From: Eledone cirrhosa
Lineage: Eukaryota
Direction: 5' to 3'
Length of the DNA: 64,000 bases
Assembly: GCA_964016885.1 (NCBI GenBank)
Contig: OZ024742.1
Coordinates: 284,270,001 to 284,334,000, forward strand
Shown piece by piece: positions 1 through 11,382 of the stretch (positions within the stretch are counted from its first letter, which is position 1; each line of letters starts with the position of its first letter). The translations under genes and the position numbers were made by a program. Below the pieces are notes generated by a model. The model saw only the letters and a program-made list of their open reading frames with translations, was not told the DNA's origin and made no database searches.

Positions 1-369
1 CCTTTCTGGCTGCAACCCTTTTACTTGTCTCTTATATGGGATATGGTGTACCTATTCTAAATCAGATACATCAAGGTCCTATCAAAGTATATATTAAAAG
101 AAAAAATGTTGTCTCAAAATATGGCTAAATTTTGCTGCAGGTTGAACTACCATATAGAAGCTCCTCACTGGCTTGCCATGGGTAAGGAGTATAGAGTTGA
201 GGTATGATCTTGACAAACTCTTATTATAGTCAGCACAATCTCGCCCATAGGTGCCTTTAAGCAAACTCTATTCTGTTGAAAGCATTTGAACCAGGTTTTC
301 AGTTGAAGGAAACATTCCTTCCTCCTACCAATTGACTAAATAAAATAATAAATTAAAAACAAAGCTCAC

Positions 370-538
370 CTTCTAAGCTTACATCTTGGTAGTCATGGAT
401 AAAGGCCTTTACTGGTGGGTAGAAATCACCCATAGATGAGTCATACGCTAACACATCAGCGCCCCGCCATGCTGATAGATAGTTATAGAATCCTTTAGGG
501 TTGATGATGCCATCTTTAACAAGTCGTACTTTGTGGAC
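370..538 (-). CDS. ptc: Patched exon, 169 nt: VHKVRLVKDGIINPKGFYNYLSAWRGADVLAYDSSMGDFYPPVKAFIHDYQDVSLE
   Basis: TTTGCAG|GTC...G|GTGAGC; GIINPxxFYxYLxAW motif. Confidence 0.95.
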
Positions 539-751
539 CTGCAAATACAAAAGGTGACAATAATGGTCACAATATGGTTTAGTTAGCTGCTTTGGGTGTG
601 AATCTGTACTGTATGGCAGGACTGTGTTGGTAGTAAGTAGCTGTAGTTTGCAAATTGGTAGTCATTAGGGTGTTGAGTTAAATGCCCCAGTATTTATTTT
701 GGCTTACTGCATTCAGAGTTCAAATCCCGCTGAGGTCAACTTTGCCTTTCC

Positions 752-803
752 TCCTTTCGGGGGTTGACAAATATAGTTCCTTTCGGGGGTTGACAAATAT
801 AGT
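752..803. repeat. 26-bp perfect tandem duplication inside a SINE remnant
   Basis: TCCTTTCGGGGGTTGACAAATATAGT x2. Confidence 0.9.
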
Positions 804-1587
804 ATCAGTCTAGCAGAATTGTTTGATAATGATGTGGCTAATAGATGGGATCCAATGCAGTATCTGATCTGGATCTGTGCATTATAAGTTTAAATTGTAC
901 CTCCTGTTAGGAGTTGTGACCATCAGATAATATCAGCATTGGAAAGATCACAAGAAACATAGTTGCTTTTGTCTGACCAAAAGATAAGCTTGTTTCCTTT
1001 CTTTTTTAGGCATGTATTGTGTATACTACCTATACAGTTATGTATTAATTCTGCATGCGTATATATGTGTGTGTGTGTGTGTATATATATACACACACAC
1101 ACAAATAAACCTTATACATATATAGAATAAATGCAAGCAATCATTGGAATGCCCTATGTGTATAAAAGGCACTTGGAAAACAGCCAACAATAAACAAAAC
1201 ATCTAGTAGACAAGACCACCAGATTCCAATCTCATAAAAATTACATTCGTAAAAACCGAGCCAATTGAACTAAATGTCTATGTTAGAGCTAAGATATCCC
1301 CCTAAAATCCCTACCTCAGACATCATTGATATATATACTATGTAACAGGTACCATGTAACATACACTATATTGTATTACAGTCTACAGTAGCTATGCACA
1401 ACACTGTACTTTGTGAGTGTGCTTTGTTTTTCTTACTTCTTTTTCAGATTTCAGTCATTAGTTTGTACCATACTAGAGTATGATGCTAATTATAGTAAAA
1501 TCCTTAGAGTGATGTTCCAGTAAAGCTCCAATCCAATGATTGATATCTGTAAAAGTATTTTAAAAAAACAACTTTATCAATCCTTAC

Positions 1588-1733
1588 CTGATTGACATCA
1601 TAGGGATCATCAACGTTGCCGGTCTGGGCAAGAAGTCGGAAAGCCAAAATACCATTCTGAGAGGCATTCTGGTGCCACCTCTTAGGTCCAATGCAACTAT
1701 TAGCTACATCATTATCAAAAGATTCTTGTAAAT
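1588..1733 (-). CDS. ptc: Patched exon, 146 nt: (D)LQESFDNDVANSCIGPKRWHQNASQNGILAFRLLAQTGNVDDPYDVNQ
   Basis: ATTTCAG|AT...CAG|GTAAGG; GxLAxxLLxQTG motif. Confidence 0.95.
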
Positions 1734-1899
1734 CTGAAATTAAGAGGTAAAAAACAATCAGTAAATGATAAAAACTGCCCATGATTTTCAAATAATTAAG
1801 AATATTTGGAGCGATTTAGTAATATAACTAACTTTCTTGGTGTTTGGAGCATAACTCAACAAAGGTTGTTAAATTAAATTATGTAGGTTTAAATGTTAA

Positions 1900-2109
1900 C
1901 CCCTTAGACTTTAAACCGGCCATATTCTCTCACCTCTTTCTGTTCAAATCAGTTATAACCAGCCACTCATATTGATGTTAAGGTATTGTTCTCAAAATAA
2001 ATAACATCAAAATCTCATAGATTCAATATTATTTGAAATAATTATGTAAGATAAAGCTTTTATTACGAAAATACAATAGTATATATAGAATAATGTAAAT
2101 GCTAAAGGG
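1900..2109. mobile_element. piggyBac-type MITE family A
   Basis: TTAA at 1896-1899 and 2110-2113; right TIR TAAATGCTAAAGGG. Confidence 0.82.
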
Positions 2110-2199
2110 TTAATGAAATGTGGAAATTGAAGTATGGTCCCAGAGCATGGAGAATGAAGGAAATGAGGTGTAATGTCTTAGAATCAGAGTCTTACTTAC

Positions 2200-2338
2200 C
2201 ACGGAGCCATTCTCTGAAAAGCTGTAACCAGAATGTGGGTAGGGAACCATCTTCTCGTTTGATGATGTGATCGACTTGCTGGAATGCTTTGTGGTAGGAA
2301 TACAGCAATTTCTGGTTGTGAGCGTAATCAAAGTTGCT
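2200..2338 (-). CDS. ptc: Patched exon, 139 nt: SNFDYAHNQKLLYSYHKAFQQVDHIIKREDGSLPTFWLQLFREWLR
   Basis: CTCCATAG|AGC...G|GTAAGT; LPxFWLxxFRxWL motif; different frame from ORF track entry 2110..2367. Confidence 0.95.
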
Positions 2339-3271
2339 CTATGGAGAAGAAACAAATGGTATGACATAGTGTAAAAAGAAAAGATAGTGAGGAGAGATTA
2401 TATGCATGTGTGTGTGTGGTGTGTATATATAAATATATATATATACAAATGTACTATTGAGCCCCAAAGGATAACAGGCAAATTTGACCTCAGCGAGATT
2501 TGAACTTGGCATGCAGAGATCTGAAACAAATCTTGCAAGACTGATAACTCTGTTAATCTGCTGCGTGTATGTATCATTCTCATAATCATTGTTGTTTAAT
2601 GTCTATTTCCCACGGTAGCATGGTTTAGATGGGTTGTCCCATTTGAGGCAAGTTAGGTTTTGCTTATACAGAACTGTTTCTGGCTTGATATCTACAGCTG
2701 GATGCTTTTTCTAATGCCAACCACATTTACAGTGTGTGCTGGACACTTTTGGTCGCAGCACCAAAATGACCACATTACAGTGTGGACTGTGGTGGGGGTG
2801 TAAAGGCGTGAGAGATATATATACCCATGCAAGGAAACATGAATAAACAGACGTAAAATGGCGATGATGATGATGATATTCTCAGTGCCTAAAAGTTCAA
2901 GAGACCAGCTACGTATAATGTTTGTTTACATACAGATGTCTGCCTGCTGACATCTGAAAGCTGTTATACAGCTATTTACTTAAAAAGGCGGTAAAGAGTT
3001 GTCATGGTCCCTTACATTAATGGTTTAAAGTGCCTAGCCAGTATCTGTGAGATATGGGGTTCAATTCCTTATAGCAGCCGATGGCAACTTCTTCCATCTT
3101 TTAAGGGTCTTTACTCTATTTTATAACATCTCTGTGCATGAACACATCATCCTTTACACACACCACACACACATATATATATATATATATATTATATAGG
3201 AGATGAATATGAGTGGGTATATTATTTGTTCATTACCAAAAGCGAACAAGTTCAATGTATTAGAAATTAAT

Positions 3272-3477
3272 GGTTTCTTATATAGGCACAAGGCCAGCAA
3301 TTTTTGGGGGGAGGGGAAAGTCGATCTAATCGACCCCAGTGTGTGACTGGTACTTTATTTTATCGACCCCGTGAGGATGAAAAGCAAATTTGAACTCAGA
3401 TCATAAAGGGTCGTAATTCTATGCTGCAAAGCATGGCGTCCGGCCCTCTACCGATACTGCCAATCGACCGCCCTTGA
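3272..3477 (-). mobile_element. SINE family 1 with 13-bp TSD
   Basis: ATTAGAAATTAAT at 3259-3271 and 3478-3490; reverse complement of family core. Confidence 0.85.
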
Positions 3478-3617
3478 ATTAGAAATTAATAAAATGATTT
3501 GAAGTGTTATCTTTGGTTTTTCACCTAAATTAATATATATATAATGTTTTTTTATTGAGAGAGAGAGAGCGAGAGAGAGAGAACATGTGTGTGTTTATGC
3601 TGAATATATTTACTAAC

Positions 3618-3791
3618 CTTTGTCACAGCAAAGAAGTTATAAAATCCAAAATATTTGGACTTTGCTTCCAAAAAGTTATACTCGGCAGTTCCATGTGGCA
3701 CAATGTCTGTAAGTTCTAACCCATCTTCCACAAGTGTGATGCCATAAATACCAATTAGTGTGATTATCAGAAATATCACAATGGTAAAAAC
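3618..3791 (-). CDS. ptc: Patched exon, 174 nt: VFTIVIFLIITLIGIYGITLVEDGLELTDIVPHGTAEYNFLEAKSKYFGFYNFFAVTK (TM7)
   Basis: TTTCCAG|GTT...AAG|GTTAGT; DGLxLTDIVP motif. Confidence 0.96.
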
Positions 3792-4543
3792 CTGGAAATA
3801 AAACTATTTGTGAGATAAACGGATATAAGCTTTTTATTATCCTAATTTTAAATAAAAATTAACCAAAAAGCTTGGATGGATTTCATAAAATATTCCTGTA
3901 AATTTTATGTAATAACTAGCTGACTCCGTGGAAATTCCACCAAGTATTAAAGATCAAGATAGTATCTTAAATGCTGTATTTTTTAGTTATATATTCACAC
4001 AAAAATTATGAATGATTAAAACGTAACTGTTAATAGGACTCCAATAAGGTGAAGGATTTGAACTCAGTATACAAAGATTCAGAACAAACATTGTAAGATA
4101 TCTTGTTTGATGTGCTAACAATTCTACCAATTCACTATGGTTGACTGGTACTTTATTTATCCATCCTGAAAGTATGACAGGCAAAGTTGACCTCAGTGGG
4201 ATTTGAACTTGAACTACAGAGAACTGGATCAAATCCTGCAAGATTCTAACAACTTTGCTAATTTGTTGTGTTAAATACCACAGCTTACTGCTGTTCTTTT
4301 AATTTGCTGTGTTAAAGATCACATGCTACTATCTTGAAAAAAGAGAGACATTGGATAATGTGCTTGAAAATAATATAGGATGGATATAGATAGAATCCTT
4401 TCAACCATAGAGGTCTGTTTGATCTAGGCTGAGCTGAGGCTAAACAGCAACAACAACGACAACCAACACCATCAGCAATAACTAGACCAAGTTATGAAAG
4501 AACCACATCCACAAAGAATGGCTATTGTGTTGTTAAAACCTAC

Positions 4544-4704
4544 CTTTGTTGGCGTCCTCTGTAGAAATGGTCCGTAGTGATTCTTAACAATTGCTGCCAA
4601 TGAGAAGTTGAAGCATTCATGCTGCATCTGTAACCAGCAGTCCTTGAATGAGACACTGTCAGCTGGTGTCAGACACTGGCGAGAGGATGTGTTTGAAGGA
4701 CAAC
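4544..4704 (-). CDS. ptc: Patched exon, 161 nt: (G)CPSNTSSRQCLTPADSVSFKDCWLQMQHECFNFSLAAIVKNHYGPFLQRTPTK
   Basis: ATTTCAG|GT...AAG|GTAGGT; HYxPFL motif preceding TM7. Confidence 0.92.
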
Positions 4705-5224
4705 CTGAAATAGGAACCATTGAAAAATTGAGGTTATGAGCTGTACCAAAGACATCCTTTCATTTATCTTTAATTATTTTCTTACTCTCCCATGCATGTA
4801 TGTATATCTATTACTTCTCTCTAATATCTATATATATGTATGGTCCCGTAACACCTGATAGAATCGTAGGGGTGCCATATTGACATACAGTGTTTCTAGG
4901 GCATATTAAACCTGGCAGAGCCCATCCCTCTCCAGGCCTGAGTACAACAGATTTCTTCCAGAGAAATATAGAAAGAGATATATATATAGAGAGAGAGAGA
5001 GAGGAAATGAGAAAGAGATATAGAGAAAGAATCGACCCCAGTACTAGGCTGGTACATTCTTTTTATCGACCTCGAAAGGATGAAAGGCAAATTGGCCTGG
5101 CGGGGTTGAACTCAGAGAGCTGAAACAAATACCTTTTGTGTACCCAATACATGAATAGAGTGTGAGCTTTATTATGGAAAAAGAGTTTCAGCAGTGCTGC
5201 CTCTTCAGTGTTATCATTACCATC

Positions 5225-5601
5225 ACCATGACACACGACCGTGACTTCTGGCGCCACGCAGTAATACAGAGTACCCGACCTCCCATGGGTACAAGCTGCC
5301 GAATCATATAGACAATATGCCCCCACACCCCCCACCACAAGGTGGTCGTGGAGGTGCCACGGCAAAAAAGCACCCAGCCCACACTGTAAAGTGGACGTGT
5401 AGGCGCCACGAAAAAGCACCCAGCACTCACTGTAAATGAGGTTGGTGTTAGGAAGGGCATCCAGCTGTAGAAATCAAGCCAAATCAGTTCCTGTATGAGC
5501 AAGGCATGGTCAGCCGACCAGACACTGCCCACAACAGGACAACCCGTCTAACCCATGCTAGCGTGGAAGAACGGACGTAAAACGGTGATGATGATGATGA
5601 T
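5225..5601 (+). mobile_element. Very short RTE 3' fragment (last ORF codons, 3' UTR, (GAT)n tail)
   Basis: TMTHDRDFWRHAVIQSTR matches SMSLDRHLWRYTVIQ of the longer copies; GGAAGGGCATCCAGC 3' UTR motif. Confidence 0.8.
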
Positions 5602-5793
5602 CACCATCTATCTTCCATGTTTGCATGGGTTAGATGGGTTGTCACATACTGAGGCTAAACTAGTCAGGTGACCACACTTTGCTTGTAACACACTGTTTTT
5701 GGTTTGGTTTCTACAATTGGATGCCCTTCTTAATGTCAACCAATTTACATCATGTACTAGGGACATTTTATGAATCACGCACTACCACCATAA

Positions 5794-6002
5794 CCCTTTA
5801 GCATTTACATTATTCCATATATACTAATGTATTTTTATGAAAAGGCTTTATCTTAAAGAATTATCTCACATAATATCGAATCGATGAGATTTTGACATTA
5901 TTTATTTTAACAGCAATACCTTCACATCAGTGTTATGGCCGGTTTGGAGAGAAAGAAGTGAGAAAATTCTGGTCGGATATGGCCAGTTTAAATGCTAAAG
6001 GG
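5794..6002. mobile_element. piggyBac-type MITE family A (opposite orientation)
   Basis: CCCTTTAGCATTTA...TAAATGCTAAAGGG|TTAA. Confidence 0.85.
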
Positions 6003-6158
6003 TTAAGGTGTGTGTGTGTATATATGTATATATATATATATGATCACACACACATCAGTTACTTCTCTGCACCAGTAGGAGTTGTAATAATTTCAAAACA
6101 CAAACACACTGCAAGAGATCTCAGAAATACATACAACAACAAATAAATTCAGGATTAC

Positions 6159-6571
6159 CTGAAGGATATACTGCAGTGCTTTGATTTTTGGGCTTTTCAG
6201 AGATTACAGCCTTGAGTGAATTGTCTGGTACAATGACTTTCAGAGATTTATCAGAAACAAGGGCTTTGGAAGATTTTTCAGGAACAGCAAGGGCCTTTGA
6301 AGGCTTTTCTGGAACAAAGGCCTTTTGTGATTTTTCTGAATGTACTGGCTTTGTTGATTGGTTCTGACTGACAACACGCTCTGTTGGCTGCATGGCTAAA
6401 CAGGTGACTGGCTGAGAGCCATTAACAGAAATTCGAGTGACCGTCTGGTGAATAGCAACGCTTGAAGAGGTATTAGGTATGCTCAGGTGTGTTGAACTGT
6501 AGCCGAAATGTGATAAGCTGTGATCGCTGTCCCTCTGTGGTTGTAACTCTATCACTTGATTGGCTATAGGG
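6159..6571 (-). CDS. ptc: Patched exon, 413 nt: middle cytoplasmic loop (S)PIANQVIELQPQ...STAVYPS
   Basis: TTCCACAG|C...G|GTAATC; open frame, phase 2 to 1 fits both neighbours; start resembles PTCH1 SPCVSRVIQVEPQ. Confidence 0.88.
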
Positions 6572-6742
6572 CTGTGGAAAGAGAATTTAGTCATTAGATA
6601 ATGTTCTATATCTTAGGAGGTTTAATAGGAGTGCATATATGTAAATTGCTTGATCTAACTATTCCACCAAAAGGATGAAAGGCATTTAATTATCTGTCTA
6701 TCTATCTATATATAAAAGAGAGAGGTGGAGGAGGAGAAATAC

Positions 6743-6861
6743 CTTTGGAAACAGCAGAATACATCGATGCGTTTGTCTTCACGTCGGACTAAATCCCAAC
6801 TAACAACTGCAGGTAGGATCAGCAGGACAGAACTGAGGTTGAAGAACACAAGAATTGCAGC
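6743..6861 (-). CDS. ptc: Patched exon, 119 nt: [39 protein letters not shown] (TM6)
   Basis: TTTTCAG|GCT...AG|GTATTT; RREDxRxDxFCCF motif. Confidence 0.95.
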
Positions 6862-7214
6862 CTGAAAAACACAATGGTTGAAATACAGCTATAACACAGT
6901 ACACAAGATGTGCATCAAAGAACACAAAATATAAAATAGAAATGCATATTGTATGACATGGTATACAAAACGCTTTATAGAAAACATGTAAATGACGCAA
7001 TGAAGTACCCTAAGTACAACAGAAGTACACACAAACATATGACACTGATATTTGTAAACATATTTCCATATAGACATGACCATATATACATCATCATTGC
7101 CTAAATCAGAAACCATTAATATCACATCCACTTTTCTATGCTGGCATAGATAAAAGAGGAATTTTTGGGGTAGTGTTTTATGGTCAGATGCTTCCCCTGT
7201 CTTTTAGTCACCCT

Positions 7215-7672
7215 TTATGACACACAGATGTGCAAAGACTTGAAAGAAATGAAACATGCATAGTCGGATGGATGTGTAATGTTAGTGCGCATCAATGACG
7301 AAGCACTGAATTGAGAGTAAAACGGAGTATATATTGAACTGGCTGTTGTGTGTAAGAGAGAAGACCACGCTGGTATGGACACATGATTTGCACGAAAGAT
7401 GAATGTTGGATAGGTAAAGAAGTGCTTGGGAATACAAGTAGGGGAAGCTTGTGTGAAAGAACACACGCAGAAGTAGATAGAATAGGAGAGAGTTTGATCT
7501 CAGGGAGCTGAACTTTACAAGGGAAATGACAGGAGGTGAACGACCTTCATGAGAGAGATGACAAAAGACTGCAACAAGTGATGTTATGTGCTGCTGGAGA
7601 AATACCATATTTCTCTGCAACAAATGAATTCCCATTGTTAACAGGTGGGTGATGATGATGATTATGATGATA
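7215..7672 (+). mobile_element. Older degenerate RTE LINE 3' fragment
   Basis: Reads DVQRLERNETCIVGWMCNV...ERRPRWYGHM with stops; ends in (GAT)n. Confidence 0.75.
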
Positions 7673-9759
7673 CAATGGCTCTCATCCTGTTCCAATGGTC
7701 TGTATGTGTGTATGTGTATTTATGTATGTGCTTGAGAAAATGTAAGCAGTTCCCCCCAACCCCATTTTCTATTTTATAGCAAATACTAATGTTGAAACCA
7801 CCACCATCACTACTACTACTACCAATTGTGGTAGTAGTAGTAAAAACAACCACATTGGGAGAAAAAGCAGGACAATTATTATTAACACTACAAATGGTGG
7901 TGGTGGTGGTGGTGGTGGTAGTAGTAGTAGGTGGAGAAGGGGAGAAAGGTGACAGGAGGGTGTTTAGCAGTAGCAACAGTTACTATAGTGTTGCAACAGC
8001 AGCAGGGCTTACAATATATATCCTGAGAAAGGTTGGGGAGGGAGGGGAGAAGGAAGAGTAGACAAGAGAAAGGCAGTGGTAAAATAAGGGTTATGATGAT
8101 AGTGGTGATGGTGTAGATCAGTAGTAACCAGAATAGGGGTGGGAGTTACTTTAAGAGTTAAGAAGGGGTCCAAGGAGAGGAGGCAAAGGTAAGATTTACT
8201 ACTGCTCCCACACAACCCCTACAGTAAGTATCACAGGCTGTCCTCTTTCAGAGTTTTGTATAAACAAAACTGCAGGGTATCATGGGGAATAACATCCACA
8301 GAGATAGATAGATAGATAGATAGAGAGGGAGAGGTAATGGGTAAAAGAGACAGGAAAAGATGGAAAAGAAATCAAGAAATGCCTTTACCCACTTTCCCAA
8401 AATCTCTCTCCATGCCTGTATATCTATCTATTTCATCATCCTTATTGTGTGTGTCTCACCCTCTAAACCTCAGCATCAGGCCACTTTATCAATTCCTACT
8501 ACAGAAGGAGCAGAGAGACATCAATAGGATAAATAGATAGATAGCTATATAGGTAGGTTGCAAGATATATAGATAGGTAGGAAAATAGATGCATGTGTAG
8601 TAAGATCATATCATCATCATCATCATTTTACGCCTGCTTTTTCCTGTTTGCAAGGGTGGGAAGGGTCTTATTCATATATATATTTATATATATATAAACA
8701 AAAAACTGGGGTTTCTGTTGACCTACCTAATGACAGGCAATACCAGGGAGAATAATAGATTGTCATAGTAGATGAGAATGGGATAAAGAGAAAGGATGAG
8801 TCCAAGGAGAAAAAAAACCCCACCCCAATTTCCAAAAAAGTCACAGGAAAACTTCAACAAATTACTGATTTATTGGGTTTTTTTTTATCATTTTACTTTA
8901 GATATTGAATAAAACCTGATTCACCCCCATCACCACCTCTTTGACACAGCTGGAGGATCCTCGAAACTCTTTGTTTGGCAAGCTTTCTATGGATGGATGC
9001 CCTTCTTCTCACCAGCCATATATATTACAGCACATAGTGTGTGCGTTTATTGTATAGATCACCATTACTAGGGAAGTTGTCCATGTCCTTGTGACAACAG
9101 AAAGTTTCTCCTGGTGTCTGTATGTATGTACACACATGCACATGTGCTTTTGTGCACACTTGCAACAAATGACAATAAGCAAACACACCCTTATACTTTG
9201 CACCGACCAATCATCCTACGCCTGGAATTACCTCTCCATTTATTTCCTTCTGACAAACATTGTCTTACATCATCATCACCATTTATTGTCTATTTTCCAT
9301 GCTTCCATGGGTTAGACAGGTTGTCACTTTCTGAGGCAAGACTGGTCAGGTGACTATGTCCAGCTTATACATTCCATTTTGGCTAAGTTTCTACAGCTGG
9401 AGGCTCTTCCTAATGCTGGTGCATTTTATTGAAGCACTAGCACTACCAATTTATAGAGTGGACTGGGTGCTTTTTTGTCGTGGTACCAACACTCTTACCT
9501 CACAGGATATACTGAGTGCTTTTTATCATTGCACCAGCACTACCAAAACTAGAAGCAAACTGGTGGTGATATAGTGTTGGGTGGGGTGGGGGCAGGGGGC
9601 TTTACAGTGGTATAAAATATAATAGTAGTAGTAGTGGTGGTAGAGCCAGGAGAAACATTAGATGTTAATGATGGTAAAAGTAAATTGATGATAGCAGGTG
9701 GTAATGGTGGTTGTTATTGTTGGTTAGGCCCAGATCAGTCCTGATTGAACAGACCTACA

Positions 9760-10080
9760 TCATCATCATCGTTTAACATCCATTTTCCATGTTAGCATGG
9801 TTTTCGATGGGTTGTCCCATTAGAGGCAAGCTGGGTCAGGTCTGGCTAGGTTCCTATGGTTGGATGCCCTTCTTTACTGCAACCACATTTACAGTGCTTT
9901 TTTGTTGTGATTCCTACATAACCACCTTACAGTGTAGGCTGGGTATTTTTTTTTCGTGACTCCTATATGACCACTTTACAGTGTGGGCTGGGTGATTATT
10001 GTCATGACCCCTATATGACTAACTTACAATGTGGGCTGGGTGCTTTTTGTCATGACACCTACATGACCACTTTACAGTGG
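9760..10080 (-). mobile_element. RTE 3' UTR-only insertion with ~48-bp internal tandem units; 9-bp TSD AGACCTACA
   Basis: (CAT)n start, GGATGCCCTTC motif; TSD at 9751-9759 and 10081-10089. Confidence 0.75.
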
Positions 10081-10226
10081 AGACCTACAATAAAATAAAA
10101 TCCAGTCACGAAAATCTTGTCCTTTTCAAGGTACATCATCATCATTTCATCATTTGATGAAATGATGATGATGTACCTTGAAAAGGACAAGATTTTCGTG
10201 ACTGGATTTTATTTTATTGTAGGTCT
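10081..10226. repeat. Perfect palindrome: 72-bp arms, 2-nt spacer
   Basis: 10081-10152 is the exact reverse complement of 10155-10226 (checked base by base). Confidence 0.97.
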
Positions 10227-10239
10227 ATATTATTTTACA

Positions 10240-10423
10240 GGCGGTGGATTGGCAGTATCAGTAGAGGGTCAGACGCTATGCTTTCCAGCAGAGTTACGTC
10301 CCTTTACAGTCTGAGTTCAAATCCCGCCGAGGTTTACTTTGCCTTTCATCCTTACGGGGTCGATAAAATAAAGTACCAGTAATGCACTGGGTAATTGCTG
10401 GCCTTGTGCCTAAAGTAGAAACA
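10240..10423 (+). mobile_element. tRNA-derived SINE, family 1, with 11-bp TSD
   Basis: Head GGCGGTGGATTGGCAGTATC...GAGTTCAAATCC (Pol III A/B boxes); core GCCTTTCATCCTTACGGGGTCGATAAAATAAAGTACCAG; TSD ATTATTTTACA at 10229-10239 and 10424-10434. Confidence 0.88.
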
Positions 10424-11382
10424 ATTATTTTACATGGCATAAGTACTGTTGTCATAGTAGTTGTAGTGGTGCCATTGGTGGGAATTGTTACTAGTAGTGG
10501 TGGTGGTGGTGGTATAAGTGGCTGGCAGTAGTAGGAGTCTTCATTTGTAGTAGTAGTAGCAGTATTGGTGAAGAAAACCATTCTGACCCAAATATGACTT
10601 AAGAATAAAAAAAAAAAAGTCACCAATAAAACAAGAGAAGTAAAGATAGATAGATGATGATGATGATGATAAAGATGCTGAGAATGTCAGTGGTGATGGT
10701 GGCATTATTGGGTGATAGGAAATTGATGTGTGGGTTGATGGTGTTAAAACATTTGAGACAGTAGAAGCAGCAGGCAAGGCACATCATCATCACCACCACC
10801 ACCACGAGGTAGTGGGTGGCCCCTTGCTTTCACTTCTTAATCCACTTCTTAAACCCTGTAGATACCCCCATCCTCTTCCCCTCTTTCTTCACATAACATC
10901 TGCATACACATATTCTCACACCACCACTGCTTCTTCCCTCTGCTGCTGACACCAAACATCACACCTCTCTCACCTAGAAAACACCCACTCTTACACAAGA
11001 GTAAACAGGAACATGTAGAGAAGTTTTTAATATGGTGTGTGTGTAACGGACATTAAATGATGATATATATATGTGTGTGTGTGTGTATTGAAGGTGACAT
11101 TATAGGTACAAACAAGCAATCAAACGTTAACTGGATGAACACTCAGTATATATATGAGTAAAGAATACATTTTTTTTTTTTAGAAAAAAGTGGCAAGGAC
11201 TTCGAAGTTTCAGAATGGTTGTTTACTAGGGCAGTAGAGGTAACTAAGCATAGACAGGAGTTCTTGTACATGGTTTGAGGGATAGAGAAATGGTAGCCAC
11301 AAGGTCAAGACATAAACCAGGAATTATCTATAGCACGTATATATATAATACAAAAGATCTTGAAAGTCTTGTCCTAACTCAT

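Noticed and set aside
9884-10079. CRISPR-like periodic array
   Set aside because: Units are contiguous degenerate tandem repeats with no unique spacers, inside an RTE 3' UTR in eukaryotic DNA; no cas genes.
10240-10330. tRNA genes at SINE heads (also near 30535, 43080, 58476)
   Set aside because: A/B boxes present but no complete cloverleaf; each is followed by a SINE core, tail and often a TSD.
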